From: a bacterium
GTDB lineage: Bacteria; Patescibacteriota; Patescibacteriia; UBA9570
Direction of reading: 5' to 3'
DNA length: 64,000 nucleotides
NCBI GenBank assembly: GCA_030698395.1
Contig: JAUYKW010000025.1
Coordinates: 68,179 to 132,178 of the forward strand
In this document: positions 28,570 through 38,213 of the stretch, one piece after another
Layout of the letters: every line of letters begins with the position of its first letter
Position numbering within the stretch: position 1 is the stretch's first letter
The notes under the pieces: model-generated
What the model saw: only the letters and a program-made list of their open reading frames with translations
Databases searched by the model: none
Told to the model about the DNA's origin: nothing
Program-made: the position numbers and the translations under genes

Positions 28570-30096
28570 ATGGAAATATTCATTGGACCACTGTTTCTAG
28601 TGGTCGGAGCGCTATTAGGCGCCGGCATTGGCTATTGGTTTCGCAAACAAGTAGCTGCAAAAACCCAAGATTCTGCGGAAGCAAAAGCTGAAAACATTAT
28701 TCAGCAAGCAAAAAGCAAACAACAAGAACTTTTATTAGGAGCAAAAGAAAAATCTCTTAAGCTATTAGATGAAGCTAAAAAAGAGGAAATTGAACGACGC
28801 AAAGAAACTACAAACACCCAAAGACGTTTAGAAAAGCGTGAGAGTCTATTTGACGACAAGTTATTAGACCTTGAAAATAAACAACAGGAGTTACGAAAAA
28901 AAGCAGTAAAAATTGATTCTATCAAAGAAGAAATCGGATCAATTAAAGTTCAGCAACTAGAAGTATTAGAAAAGGTAGCTGGAATGAACAAAAAGGATGC
29001 TTTAGCACTTGTAGAGAAACGAGTAGAAGAAGAACATAGTGAGGCATTAATGAGTAGACTACACAAATTAAATGAACAAGGTGGCGAGGAAATGGAACGC
29101 AAAGCAAAGGAACTAATGACTGTTGTAATCCAACGCTGTTCCACGAGTCATGCTGCTGAAACCACAACAACAGTAGTTCAATTACCAAGCGATGACATGA
29201 AAGGTCGAATTATCGGAAAAGAAGGTCGTAATATCAAAAGAATTGAAGAGCTTACCGGTGTAGAAATTATTATTGATGACACGCCAGGAGCAATTGTAGT
29301 ATCAGGATTTTCGCCAATCCGCAGACACTTAGCCAAAAGGGCTCTCGACATTTTAATATCTGATGGTCGCATCCATCCAGCGCGAATTGAAGAGTCAATT
29401 GAACAGGCAAAAAAAGATCTAGCCTTAGACATTAAAGCTGCTGGAGAAGCTGCCTTATATGAAGTTGGAATTGCTGGTTTTGAACCAAAGCTAGTTTCGA
29501 TTTTGGGCAGACTGAAATATCGAACATCTTATGGTCAAAATGTATTACGTCATTCTATAGAAGTTGCATTTTTAGCAGCTATGTTAGCTGAGCACTTAGG
29601 AGCAGACCCTGCCATCGCAAAAAAAGGTGGTCTCTTGCATGATATTGGTAAATCAGTTGATCATGAAATGAAAGGTACTCATCCAGAGCTCGGTCGTGAC
29701 ATCGCAAAGAAATTTGGTTTATCTGACGAGATAATTGCACCAATTCTGTATCATCATGATGATGTACCGCCAACACTAGAGGCTGTCATTGTAAAAGTTG
29801 CTGATGCAATTTCTGGATCTCGACCAGGTGCAAGAAAAGATACCTATGAAAATTATGTACAGCGCCTTGAAGAACTTGAAGCTGTAACATTAAAATTTGA
29901 AGGTGTTGAAAAAGCATACGCTATTCAAGCTGGTAGAGAAGTTAGAGTATTTGTTCATCCAGATAAAATTGATGATTTTGCAGCATCGGAACTTGCGAAA
30001 AATATTGCAAAAAGAATAGAAGAAGAATTAAAATATCCTGGAGAAATCAAAGTAAATTTAATTCGTGAAAAACGAGTCATCGAATACGCACGTTAA
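28570..30096 (+). CDS. rny: Ribonuclease Y
   Basis: N-terminal TM, coiled coil, KH motif MKGRIIGKEGRNI, HD motif LLHDIGK, YAIQAGREVRV. Confidence 0.97.
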   Translation: MEIFIGPLFLVVGALLGAGIGYWFRKQVAAKTQDSAEAKAENIIQQAKSKQQELLLGAKEKSLKLLDEAKKEEIERRKETTNTQRRLEKRESLFDDKLLDLENKQQELRKKAVKIDSIKEEIGSIKVQQLEVLEKVAGMNKKDALALVEKRVEEEHSEALMSRLHKLNEQGGEEMERKAKELMTVVIQRCSTSHAAETTTTVVQLPSDDMKGRIIGKEGRNIKRIEELTGVEIIIDDTPGAIVVSGFSPIRRHLAKRALDILISDGRIHPARIEESIEQAKKDLALDIKAAGEAALYEVGIAGFEPKLVSILGRLKYRTSYGQNVLRHSIEVAFLAAMLAEHLGADPAIAKKGGLLHDIGKSVDHEMKGTHPELGRDIAKKFGLSDEIIAPILYHHDDVPPTLEAVIVKVADAISGSRPGARKDTYENYVQRLEELEAVTLKFEGVEKAYAIQAGREVRVFVHPDKIDDFAASELAKNIAKRIEEELKYPGEIKVNLIREKRVIEYAR

Positions 30097-30106
30097 GCAC
30101 GAAGCT

Positions 30107-30904
30107 ATGTTGAATGTATTATATATAGGTGATGCTGTTGGAAAAGCTGGGCGCTCTGCTGTAACAAAACTAGTTCCCGAATTAAGGAAAGAACTTTCTC
30201 TTGATGCTGTTTTTCTAAATGCCGAAAATATTGCTCATGGTAATGGAATAACTCCACAAACAATTACCGAGGTTTTAGAAGGTGGGGTGGATTTCTGTTC
30301 TTCTGGAAATCATATTTGGGATAATGAACGAGGCATTGAATACTTAAAATCTTCCGATGCAAAAGTAATAAGGCCGGCTAACTTTTCTGAGTCAGATCCT
30401 GGTGTTGGATGGGCAGAAATGGTTATCGGTGAATACAAGATCCTTTTAATCAATTTAATTGGAGAAGTATTCATGGCCCAAGAAGTAGCCAGCCCCTTTA
30501 CTACGGCAGATAAAATTCTCGAACAAATCAATCCAAAAGATTACTCAGCAATTTTTGTAGACCTTCACGCTGAGGCTACCAGTGAAAAACAGGCACTTGC
30601 ACACTACTTAGATGGTCGGGTTACTGCTGTTGTAGGAACGCACACTCATGTACCAACAGCTGATTTGCGCGTCTTACCAAAGGGCACTGGTCTTGTTTGT
30701 GATTTAGGATATGTAGGTGCCCGTGATTCTGTTCTAGGCTTTGATGTAGCAAAAGTACTTGAAAGATTTTTATCTCAAACACACGTCTCGTTGCCTCCGA
30801 TTGAATCCGGTCCAACCCTTTTTAACTCTGTATTATTTACGATTGATCCTAATACAAGGTTACTAAATAAAATTCAAAGAATTGACCGTGAAATTGAGGT
30901 GTAA
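30107..30904 (+). CDS. ymdB: YmdB-family metallophosphoesterase
   Basis: IGDAVGKAGR, NAENIAHG, GNHIWD, DLHAEATSEK, GTHTHV; follows rny. Confidence 0.92.
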   Translation: MLNVLYIGDAVGKAGRSAVTKLVPELRKELSLDAVFLNAENIAHGNGITPQTITEVLEGGVDFCSSGNHIWDNERGIEYLKSSDAKVIRPANFSESDPGVGWAEMVIGEYKILLINLIGEVFMAQEVASPFTTADKILEQINPKDYSAIFVDLHAEATSEKQALAHYLDGRVTAVVGTHTHVPTADLRVLPKGTGLVCDLGYVGARDSVLGFDVAKVLERFLSQTHVSLPPIESGPTLFNSVLFTIDPNTRLLNKIQRIDREIEV

Positions 30905-30949
30905 TATACTAACATTAGATATAATTCACGTTTCTCTAACATATCTCTT

Positions 30950-31252
30950 ATGAACAAAGCATCATTAATTGACACCTTAGTAGAAAAAACTGGTCTTAAC
31001 AAAAAAGACGTCGAGGCTGTTTTGGACACAACGCTAGATACTATAGTTGCTACCCTCCAAAACAATGGCGATGTAAACCTAACTGGGTTTGGAAAATTTT
31101 CTGCTCGAACCCGTTCTGCTAGAATGGGTGTCGATCCTCAAAATCCAAGCAATCGAATACAAGTACCTGCTGTTGTTGTGCCAAAGTTTAAAGCTGGTAA
31201 AGCATTAAAAGATGCTCTGAAACATACCGCTCCAAAGAATCCAACCGAATAG
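30950..31252 (+). CDS. hup: HU family DNA-binding protein
   Basis: MNKASLI, GFGKF, ARMGVDPQ, PKFKAGKALKDA. Confidence 0.95.
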   Translation: MNKASLIDTLVEKTGLNKKDVEAVLDTTLDTIVATLQNNGDVNLTGFGKFSARTRSARMGVDPQNPSNRIQVPAVVVPKFKAGKALKDALKHTAPKNPTE

Positions 31253-31313
31253 AGCTTGCACATTTAAGATTAATCCGATAAACTCCTAAAGACGTGCTGA
31301 GGCGCGTTCCTTT

Positions 31314-31387
31314 GCGCCGGTAGCTCAACTGGATAGAGTGCTTGGCTTCGGACCAAGAGGTTATAGGTTCGAATCCTATCCGGCGCA
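31314..31387 (+). tRNA. tRNA-Arg(TCG)
   Basis: GCGCCGGTAGCTCAACTGGATAGAG, anticodon arm CTTGG-CTTCGGA-CCAAG, GGTTCGAATCC. Confidence 0.95.
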
Positions 31388-31392
31388 CACTA

Positions 31393-31465
31393 GGGCCGTT
31401 AGCTCAGTTGGTAGAGCAATCGCCTCTTAAGCGAATGGTCATAGGTTCAAATCCTGTACGGCCCA
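31393..31465 (+). tRNA. tRNA-Lys(CTT)
   Basis: GGGCCGTTAGCTCAGTTGGTAGAGC, anticodon arm TCGC-CTCTTAA-GCGA, GGTTCAAATCC. Confidence 0.93.
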
Positions 31466-31468
31466 CAA

Positions 31469-31495
31469 ACCCCCGCTAATTGCGGGGTGTTTTTT
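31469..31495 (+). terminator. Intrinsic terminator after the tRNA pair
   Basis: CCCCGC-taatt-GCGGGG followed by TGTTTTTT. Confidence 0.8.
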
Positions 31496-31548
31496 ATTAA
31501 TTATTTACATATGGTAAACTAGCCATACTACTCATTAATAATACACAT

Positions 31549-31709
31549 ATGATAATTTCAACAACAGATAAAATACCAAACAAAGAATGGTCGAGGACGC
31601 CGAGAAAGTAAACGCCGATGCCATAGTCAATGTTAGGCTCACTACGTCTATGGTTATGCAGGGAGCAGCAGAAATTCTAGCCTATGGTACTGCAGTAAAG
31701 TTTAGATAA
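31549..31709 (+). pseudogene. ybjQ: YbjQ/UPF0145 family pseudogene with internal deletion and frameshift
   Basis: N-terminus MIISTTDKIPNKE joins out of frame to RMVEDAEKVNADAIVNVRLTTSMVMQGAAEILAYGTAVKFR; about half of the protein is missing. Confidence 0.75.
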
Positions 31710-31844
31710 ATGGATCTCATAGGAACATTAATATTTAGTGCATACGGATTATTCTGGGGAATATGTTTAGTGATTTTAGTTTTTCTAATCTTTAGAAGAA
31801 TTAAGATTAAGAAAAATGAAGACTTTGACGATAGAGACAACTAA
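31710..31844 (+). CDS. 44-aa single-TM protein ending RRIKIKKNEDFDDRDN
   Basis: Manual translation; ATG abuts the ybjQ stop; TM followed by a basic then acidic tail. Confidence 0.6.
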   Translation: MDLIGTLIFSAYGLFWGICLVILVFLIFRRIKIKKNEDFDDRDN

Positions 31845-31897
31845 CTTTCTCTTATAAAAAAGTTTCAAAAAACATCTCCTCAGGGATATTTTTATTT

Positions 31898-32950
31898 TTA
31901 CTCATCCAACAAAGAAGGATTTTGCATGTAACCACTAACCAAGTCTCGATCAACCAAGCCCTCATCATGTAACTTTTTTAAACTAAGGTCCAATGTAATC
32001 ATCCCGCTATCCGCTGAAGTTTGTAAAACTGTCTGTAATTGTGGAATTTTATTTTCCCTGATTAAATTTGAAACTGCAGAAGTATTAATCATAACTTCTC
32101 TAGCTGCTACTCTACCACCACCTACTCGGGGGACCAGTTGTTGAGACACAACCGCTCTTAATTCCATTGATAACTGAAGACGAATTTGCTCCTGTTGATA
32201 AGGAGGAAATACATCAATAATTCTATCTATTGTCTCGCTTGAACCTAAGGTATGTAAAGTTGCAAAAACTAAATGTCCTGTTTCCGCAACTGTAAGTGCG
32301 GCAGATATTGTTTCTAAATCTCGCATTTCACCAACCATAATAATATTCGGATCTTGCCGTACTACATGTTTTAATGCCGTACTGAAAGAAAGAAAATCTC
32401 TATCCATTTCACGTTGACGAATCAAGCTTTTATCAGATGTAAAAATATACTCAATAGGATCCTCTAAAGTAATAATATGCTCTCTTCTCTCCTTGTTTAT
32501 TAAATTAATCATTGCTGCCAAGGAAGTTGATTTACCACAACCCGTAGGTCCTGTTACTAAAACCAATCCTTGTTTTAAACGTGTCAGCTCATATACTATG
32601 TCTGGCATACCAAGATCTTCCATGGTTGGTATCTGCATTGGAATCACTCTTGCAACCATGCCAACATACCCTCTTTCCCAATGAATATTTACTCTAAAAC
32701 GAACTCCATTCGGTATTTGATAAGCAAAATCAAGCTCTCGTTCCTTTATAAACCTTTGTTTTCGTTGCGGAGACAACATAGAATAAACTAGTTCTTCCGT
32801 TATATTTGCCTGCAATTGTTCTTCCTCTTCAATTTCCATCAACACTCCATCAACCCTCATTAATGGTTTCTTTCCTACAAAAAAATGTACATCAGATGCT
32901 CTTCTGCTGGCTGCTAATCCTAATATTTTATCAACGTATTCAGTCGTCAT
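31898..32950 (-). CDS. pilT: Type IV pilus retraction ATPase PilT family
   Basis: ASDVH, GPTGCGKSTS, TLEDPIE, RQDPNIIMVGEMRD, AETGHLVFATLH. Confidence 0.93.
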   Translation of the reverse strand: MTTEYVDKILGLAASRRASDVHFFVGKKPLMRVDGVLMEIEEEEQLQANITEELVYSMLSPQRKQRFIKERELDFAYQIPNGVRFRVNIHWERGYVGMVARVIPMQIPTMEDLGMPDIVYELTRLKQGLVLVTGPTGCGKSTSLAAMINLINKERREHIITLEDPIEYIFTSDKSLIRQREMDRDFLSFSTALKHVVRQDPNIIMVGEMRDLETISAALTVAETGHLVFATLHTLGSSETIDRIIDVFPPYQQEQIRLQLSMELRAVVSQQLVPRVGGGRVAAREVMINTSAVSNLIRENKIPQLQTVLQTSADSGMITLDLSLKKLHDEGLVDRDLVSGYMQNPSLLDE

Positions 32951-32999
32951 GGTTTTTACCTATTGTGAAACTTTATTATTATGATACAATTAGTATAGC

Positions 33000-33458
33000 A
33001 TGAAAACAGTCGTTTGTCAATCACAATCAGAAGGTGTCACAAAAGCTCTTGGCCGCAAGCTGGGTGAAAATTTATCTATGGCTGGAATTATTTTGCTTGA
33101 AGGAGAGCTTGGGGCTGGCAAAACTACTTTTATTCAGGGGTTAGCAGAAGGGCTAGGTATTTCTGAGGCAATTACTAGCCCAACTTTCACCATCATGAAC
33201 GTCTTTCCAAATACAACCCACTCGATAATAAAAACATTTATTCATATCGATTTATATCGTATTTCATCTGAAGATTCAATTGAAGATATTGATGTCGACC
33301 AATACATTAACGATCCTTCGGCATTAGTAGTTGTAGAGTGGCCAGAAAGAATACCTGGGCTTTGGAAAGATTCAATAGGAAAAATTAGTCTTGAAACAAA
33401 AGAATTACATCATCGATCTATAATTTTCTCGGGATCAATTGCTTCTTTGATGAGCTGA
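33000..33458 (+). CDS. tsaE: tRNA t6A biosynthesis ATPase
   Basis: GELGAGKTT, SPTFTI, HIDLYR, VVEWPE. Confidence 0.95.
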   Translation: MKTVVCQSQSEGVTKALGRKLGENLSMAGIILLEGELGAGKTTFIQGLAEGLGISEAITSPTFTIMNVFPNTTHSIIKTFIHIDLYRISSEDSIEDIDVDQYINDPSALVVVEWPERIPGLWKDSIGKISLETKELHHRSIIFSGSIASLMS

Positions 33459-33767
33459 TGCTGTAGCTGGCATTCCAACCTCTGTAGCTTCAATTTCACT
33501 CTCTAATACCTCGCTCGGCAGTACTGCGTCCATAACAATCATCCGATCTACGGTGATGCTAACCACCTGACTTGGAGCAATACTTAACAATGAAGATCCA
33601 ATTATATTTTTTAGTAGTTCATCTACTAATTTATTTTTTCCAACATAATATTTTACGATCACATGATCGTCTATGCTCAAGTCTGCATCAACAATATTTC
33701 CTAAAAAATAATCAGTTTCGGTATAAACTGGTAAATTAATCAATTGCTTTAGGTTGATCTTTGGCAT
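33435..33767 (-). CDS. PRC-barrel domain protein
   Basis: LINLPVYTETDYFLGNIVD..; I.PSQVVSI..DRMIV. Confidence 0.7.
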   Translation of the reverse strand: MPKINLKQLINLPVYTETDYFLGNIVDADLSIDDHVIVKYYVGKNKLVDELLKNIIGSSLLSIAPSQVVSITVDRMIVMDAVLPSEVLESEIEATEVGMPATASAHQRSN

Positions 33768-34530
33768 CGTCTTTGTTCCAATCTTTTTTTACTCTAAAAA
33801 AGTATAGTTGTTGTCCTAAACTAAATAATGTTGATACCAACCAGTACAGCGTTACACCGGCAGGGAACTGATAACCAAACACAATCGTAATAATTGGTAA
33901 AAAATATGTCATTTGCTTACTAATGGCTGCTGCTGTGTTTTCATCTTTAGCCCCTTCGCTCTTTACTTCTGTGCGTTTTGATTGCATTGTCTTTCCTTGT
34001 ATAAATGCAGCAATTCCCGCTAATACAGCTAATACTATATTATGTGTAGCTGAAAGATCTAAAAAACCAAACATCTGTGTGTCTATTGGCATTGTGGTAT
34101 AGATGTTAGCTAGATATCCATACAAATGCTGTATTTGATCTGCCGCTAGTAAATGTGTTTCAGGGTCCACTCCTAGTCCTTGGAAAAAAGCTCTGTATAA
34201 AGCAAGTAGAATTGGCAATTGAATAAGCAATGGTAAGCAAGAAGCAAAAGGATTAACTTTGTTATTCTTATAAAATGCCATTAATTGACGCCCTAATTCC
34301 TCTTTATCGTCTTTGTACTTTTCTCTAATCTCTTCAACTTTTGGCTGAGTTTCCTGTAGGTTCTTTTGTGCCTTTAATGATGATAATGATGGCCAAAATA
34401 ATAAAACTTTTATGAATACCGTTAAAACAATAATTGCTATCCCCATATCACTGCCAGGCAGAATATGATAAAGATAAATTAAAGCATTAAATATCGGCTC
34501 GTATAAAAAGGTATTGTATAATTCCGTCAT
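33736..34530 (-). CDS. yidC: Membrane protein insertase YidC (short form)
   Basis: GIAIIVLTV.IK..P, QPKV..IREKY, NPFASCLPLLIQLP, PAGVTLYW. Confidence 0.95.
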   Translation of the reverse strand: MTELYNTFLYEPIFNALIYLYHILPGSDMGIAIIVLTVFIKVLLFWPSLSSLKAQKNLQETQPKVEEIREKYKDDKEELGRQLMAFYKNNKVNPFASCLPLLIQLPILLALYRAFFQGLGVDPETHLLAADQIQHLYGYLANIYTTMPIDTQMFGFLDLSATHNIVLAVLAGIAAFIQGKTMQSKRTEVKSEGAKDENTAAAISKQMTYFLPIITIVFGYQFPAGVTLYWLVSTLFSLGQQLYFFRVKKDWNKDDAKDQPKAID

Positions 34531-34542
34531 CTTTTGTTAAAT

Positions 34543-34821
34543 TTATTTTTTCTTTATCTCTATCTGTTTAGTAGGAACTGGATCGTATCCACCTTTGCTA
34601 ATTGGATTACATCTAAATATTCTTTTTGTTCCCATCCACATTCCTTTAGTGATACCATATATCTCAATTGCTTCGTAGGTATATTCGGAACAAGTAGGTC
34701 TGTATTTGCAACCATGGAAAGTCGCTTGTGAAAACCAACCATGATCTGGAGAAAAAGTTTGCTGATAAACCCGAATTAACTTTAAGACGAGATAGCGTGA
34801 TAAAAATTTATTTTGCCCCAT
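34543..34821 (-). CDS. yidD: Membrane protein insertion efficiency factor
   Basis: [24 protein letters not shown]. Confidence 0.95.
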   Translation of the reverse strand: MGQNKFLSRYLVLKLIRVYQQTFSPDHGWFSQATFHGCKYRPTCSEYTYEAIEIYGITKGMWMGTKRIFRCNPISKGGYDPVPTKQIEIKKK

Positions 34822-35155
34822 GTTTATTTATCTTTATCAACAGCCTATCAACAGCCCTGTCTAATTCGGCATATGTTGCACTTTTTGACTGAGCTTGTGC
34901 TATTAACAATATATCATGAGGTATGTTTATATCCTCAATTTTTTGACTAATAGCGGACCGGATTCTTCTTTTTACACTATTTCTGTCCACAGCATGTGCA
35001 GAAACTCTTTTTGACACCACAACAGCAACTCTAGACTCGGATCCTTGATTTTGTTGATAAATCATTCTTATAAGAGGATTATGCACCTTCGTACCCTCCT
35101 TAAATAAGCGTTCAATGTCTGACCTTCTTCTAAGCCGCTGCTGTGATGGCAACAT
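34808..35155 (-). CDS. rnpA: RNase P protein component
   Basis: [23 protein letters not shown]; conserved synteny. Confidence 0.93.
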   Translation of the reverse strand: MLPSQQRLRRRSDIERLFKEGTKVHNPLIRMIYQQNQGSESRVAVVVSKRVSAHAVDRNSVKRRIRSAISQKIEDINIPHDILLIAQAQSKSATYAELDRAVDRLLIKINKHGAK

Positions 35156-35161
35156 ATAACA

Positions 35162-35299
35162 TTACGCAGAAAGCTTCTTTCTGCCCTTAGCGCGCCTTTT
35201 TTTCAGTACCTTAACACCTGTAGAAGTACTTGCTCGTTTACGAAAACCGTGCGTTTTAGCACGTGATCGTTTTTTCGGTTGATATGTCCTTTTAGGCAT
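35162..35299 (-). CDS. rpmH: 50S ribosomal protein L34
   Basis: Manual translation [45 protein letters not shown]. Confidence 0.97.
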   Translation of the reverse strand: MPKRTYQPKKRSRAKTHGFRKRASTSTGVKVLKKRRAKGRKKLSA

Positions 35300-35326
35300 A
35301 CAATTTCTTCAAAATTTAGCCAGTAT

Positions 35327-35355
35327 AGTATAGCGACAAGATACCTATTTGACAA
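35327..35355 (-). promoter_or_regulatory. Sigma70 promoter for the rpmH operon
   Basis: Minus strand TTGTCA-17 bp-TATACT. Confidence 0.6.
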
Positions 35356-35359
35356 GATA

Positions 35360-35430
35360 CACACAACATCCACAGGTTGTTCACATGGACTGCACAAGTA
35401 AAATATTTTTCCACAAGTGTTGTGTGTTAA
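35360..35430. promoter_or_regulatory. DnaA-box cluster upstream of dnaA
   Basis: Degenerate boxes ACATCCACA, TTGTTCACA, TTTTCCACA. Confidence 0.6.
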
Positions 35431-35441
35431 TATAATATCCT

Positions 35442-36839
35442 ATGGATTCAAAACAGTTATGGGAAGCCTGCTTAGGAGAGTTAGAACTTTCTTTAACCAA
35501 GGCAAATTTTACAACCTGGTTTAAAAACACATTCATTTTAGAATATCAAGAATCTTCTGTGATTGTAGGAGTGCCAAACGCTTTTACAAAAACTTGGATG
35601 GAAAATAAATACCACCATAAAATACTAGATTCACTTCAAAGTATTACCGAAGATAAAATTAAACAGGTTTCTTTTAAAGTAGCACCTATCAGTAAACAAG
35701 AAACTTTTTTAGTAGATAAAGAAGCTGAGGAAGAAGAAAAAATTGAAGCCAAACCTATTTCCGAACCTATAATTACACAAGCTCCAGTTGCTACATTTAA
35801 AACAACAGCTCCAAAGGACTCAGATTTAAATCCTAGATATCTATTCGATTCTTTTGTAGTAGGAAAAAAATCTGAACTTGCTCACGCAGCATGTAGAGCT
35901 GTTAGTGAAAATCCAGCAACAATTTACAATCCATTGTTTATTTACGGCGGTGTAGGATTAGGAAAAACTCATTTAATGCAAGCTGTTGGCAATGAAATAC
36001 ATGCTCGCGCTCAAAAAAAGAAAGTTTTATACACACCTTGTGAAACATTCACTAATGAATATATCAAATCAGTGACAATGGGTAAGGCAGATACTTTTAA
36101 AGATAAATATCGCTCTGTAGATGTGTTGTTAGTAGATGACATTCAGTTCCTTGCTGGCAAAGAGGGCACTCAAGAAGCCTTCTTTCACACCTTCAACTTC
36201 TTACATCAAAATGATAAACAAATTGTTATTAGTTCTGATCGTCCTCCAAAGGCAATTCCTACATTAGAAGACCGTTTAGTATCACGTTTTGAATGGGGAA
36301 TGATAGTTGATATTGGTGCGCCAGATCTAGAAACGAGAATCGCGATTTTGCGAAGTAAATGTGAAAGTAAAAAAGTTAATATTGATGATGAAATAATTAC
36401 CCACATCGCAAAGACTGTCCAAAATAATATCAGAGAATTAGAAGGAGCTTTAAATAGAGTAATTGCCGCAACTCAATTAACAAACGTTCAACCAACTATT
36501 GAAAGTGTAAAAGGTTTATTATCTGGAATAATACAGTCTCCTAAACGCAGTGCTATCACGGGAAAACAAATTATATTAGCTGTCTCTGAATATTATGATA
36601 TTTCTATTGAAAATTTAGTTGGTAGTTCTAGGAAAAAAGGATTGGTAGTGCCCCGACAAATATCTATGTATATTATGCGCGAAGAAATGAGTGCCTCTTA
36701 TCCAGCAATCGGAAGTGAAATTGGTGGACGTGATCACACTACTGCAATGCATGCTTACAATAAAATAAAAAATGAAGTGGTTGAGAATGAAAAACTATCT
36801 CAAGACATCTCATTAATAAAACAAAAACTATACGCTTAG
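35442..36839 (+). CDS. dnaA: Chromosomal replication initiator
   Basis: YNPLFIYGGVGLGKTHL, DDIQF, RLVSRFEWG, NIRELEGAL, GGRDHTT. Confidence 0.98.
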   Translation: MDSKQLWEACLGELELSLTKANFTTWFKNTFILEYQESSVIVGVPNAFTKTWMENKYHHKILDSLQSITEDKIKQVSFKVAPISKQETFLVDKEAEEEEKIEAKPISEPIITQAPVATFKTTAPKDSDLNPRYLFDSFVVGKKSELAHAACRAVSENPATIYNPLFIYGGVGLGKTHLMQAVGNEIHARAQKKKVLYTPCETFTNEYIKSVTMGKADTFKDKYRSVDVLLVDDIQFLAGKEGTQEAFFHTFNFLHQNDKQIVISSDRPPKAIPTLEDRLVSRFEWGMIVDIGAPDLETRIAILRSKCESKKVNIDDEIITHIAKTVQNNIRELEGALNRVIAATQLTNVQPTIESVKGLLSGIIQSPKRSAITGKQIILAVSEYYDISIENLVGSSRKKGLVVPRQISMYIMREEMSASYPAIGSEIGGRDHTTAMHAYNKIKNEVVENEKLSQDISLIKQKLYA

Positions 36840-37104
36840 TTGATAAGTTGTTTTTTAAGTGTGTACACAATGTTAATAAACCGAGGAAAACATTGTAGTA
36901 AGAACACTAACATCTTGTGGGTAAAAAAACATCAAAAAACACCTTTTTTAATTATCAACACCTTAACTACCGCGTTTTCCTTATCTTATTAACAAACAAA
37001 TTCATATACTAACTAATAAAAATGGCTTTAAAGTAACTTTCCCACATTTCCACAGCCCTTATTATTATTAATAAGTATATTTATAAATTTTTTATCCCCA
37101 TATT
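36840..37104. other. oriC: Replication origin oriC (dnaA-dnaN intergenic region)
   Basis: DnaA-box-like 9-mers TGTGGGTAA, TTATCAACA, TTATTAACA, TTTCCCACA, ATTTCCACA, then GCCC and (TTA)4 trio-like repeats and an AT-rich tract. Confidence 0.85.
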
Positions 37105-38208
37105 ATGAAATTCTCATGTACACAAGAAAACTTGAATCGTGGGTTACAGATAGTTGGGCACATAGCTAACAGAAATGTAAACTTACCCATCTTACAAAAT
37201 GTATTGATTCAAGCTAAGGATGGAAAAATATCATTATCATCCACAAATCTAGAAATAGGAGTAAGAGTATCTATTAGAGGAAAGATAGAAGAGGAAGGAG
37301 AGTTTACATTACCAGCTCAGTTGCTTTCTAGTTATATAAATGTTCTTACTACTGAAAGAATTGATTGTATTCTAAACGGGAAAGAATTTAATATTATTGC
37401 AGATGAGCAAAACACAGTAGTAAAAGGAGAGATGGCTACTGAATTCCCAATTTTACCAGAAGTTGAAAAAGTAGAGAGTTTTATATTGAATAGAGAGTTA
37501 TTAGAAAGAGCATTGCAACAAGTTGTTATCGCTGCTTCTTTTGATGAAACTAGACCAGAAATTGCAGGAGTATTATTTGATTTCACAAATAATGAATTAA
37601 TTCTAGCTGCAACTGATAGTTATAGATTAGCAGAAAAGAAAATTCCAGTAACAAAACAAGGGAAAGAAATTAAAGTTATTCTTCCTCAACGATCAGCTCA
37701 GGAACTACTTAGGGTGATACAAGCAACAAAAGAGGAAAATGTTATTATTTATGCCTCTGAAACACAATTAGCTTGTGAGATGGGAGAAATTGAATTTGTA
37801 TCACGTGTTATTGAAGGTAACTTTCCTGATTATCACCAAATTATTCCCCAACAAGGAAATACAACAATCTCTCTTGTTTCAACAGATCTTATTACAGCTG
37901 TAAAAGGAGCTGCATTATTCTCAAAAACTGGCATAAATGATGTGAAGCTATCCTTTTCAAAGGAGGATAATACAGTGTCGATTAATGCGGTTAATGCGCA
38001 ATTGGGTGAAAATACAACCAAGCTATCTTGTGTGGTTGAAGGGCAAGATAATACCGCTGTGTTCAATTATCGATATTTATTAGATGGATTGCAACAAGTA
38101 CAAAAAGGGGAGGTTGAAATAAAAATAATTGATAGTATTAGCCCAGGTGTCTTTCGAGGTAAAAGGGATGAAACATATACGTATGTTATTATGCCAATAA
38201 AACAATAA
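37105..38208 (+). CDS. dnaN: DNA polymerase III beta clamp
   Basis: STNLEIG, EFP.LP, RPEIAGV, AATDSYRL, FNYRYLLD, YVIMPI. Confidence 0.97.
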   Translation: MKFSCTQENLNRGLQIVGHIANRNVNLPILQNVLIQAKDGKISLSSTNLEIGVRVSIRGKIEEEGEFTLPAQLLSSYINVLTTERIDCILNGKEFNIIADEQNTVVKGEMATEFPILPEVEKVESFILNRELLERALQQVVIAASFDETRPEIAGVLFDFTNNELILAATDSYRLAEKKIPVTKQGKEIKVILPQRSAQELLRVIQATKEENVIIYASETQLACEMGEIEFVSRVIEGNFPDYHQIIPQQGNTTISLVSTDLITAVKGAALFSKTGINDVKLSFSKEDNTVSINAVNAQLGENTTKLSCVVEGQDNTAVFNYRYLLDGLQQVQKGEVEIKIIDSISPGVFRGKRDETYTYVIMPIKQ

Positions 38209-38213
38209 AGATT

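Noticed and set aside
31188-31388. 66-aa minus-strand ORF
   Set aside because: Antisense to tRNA-Arg and the end of hup
35203-35397. 64-aa ORF upstream of rnpA
   Set aside because: Wrong frame; the real gene is rpmH (35162-35299) and the rest is promoter and DnaA boxes
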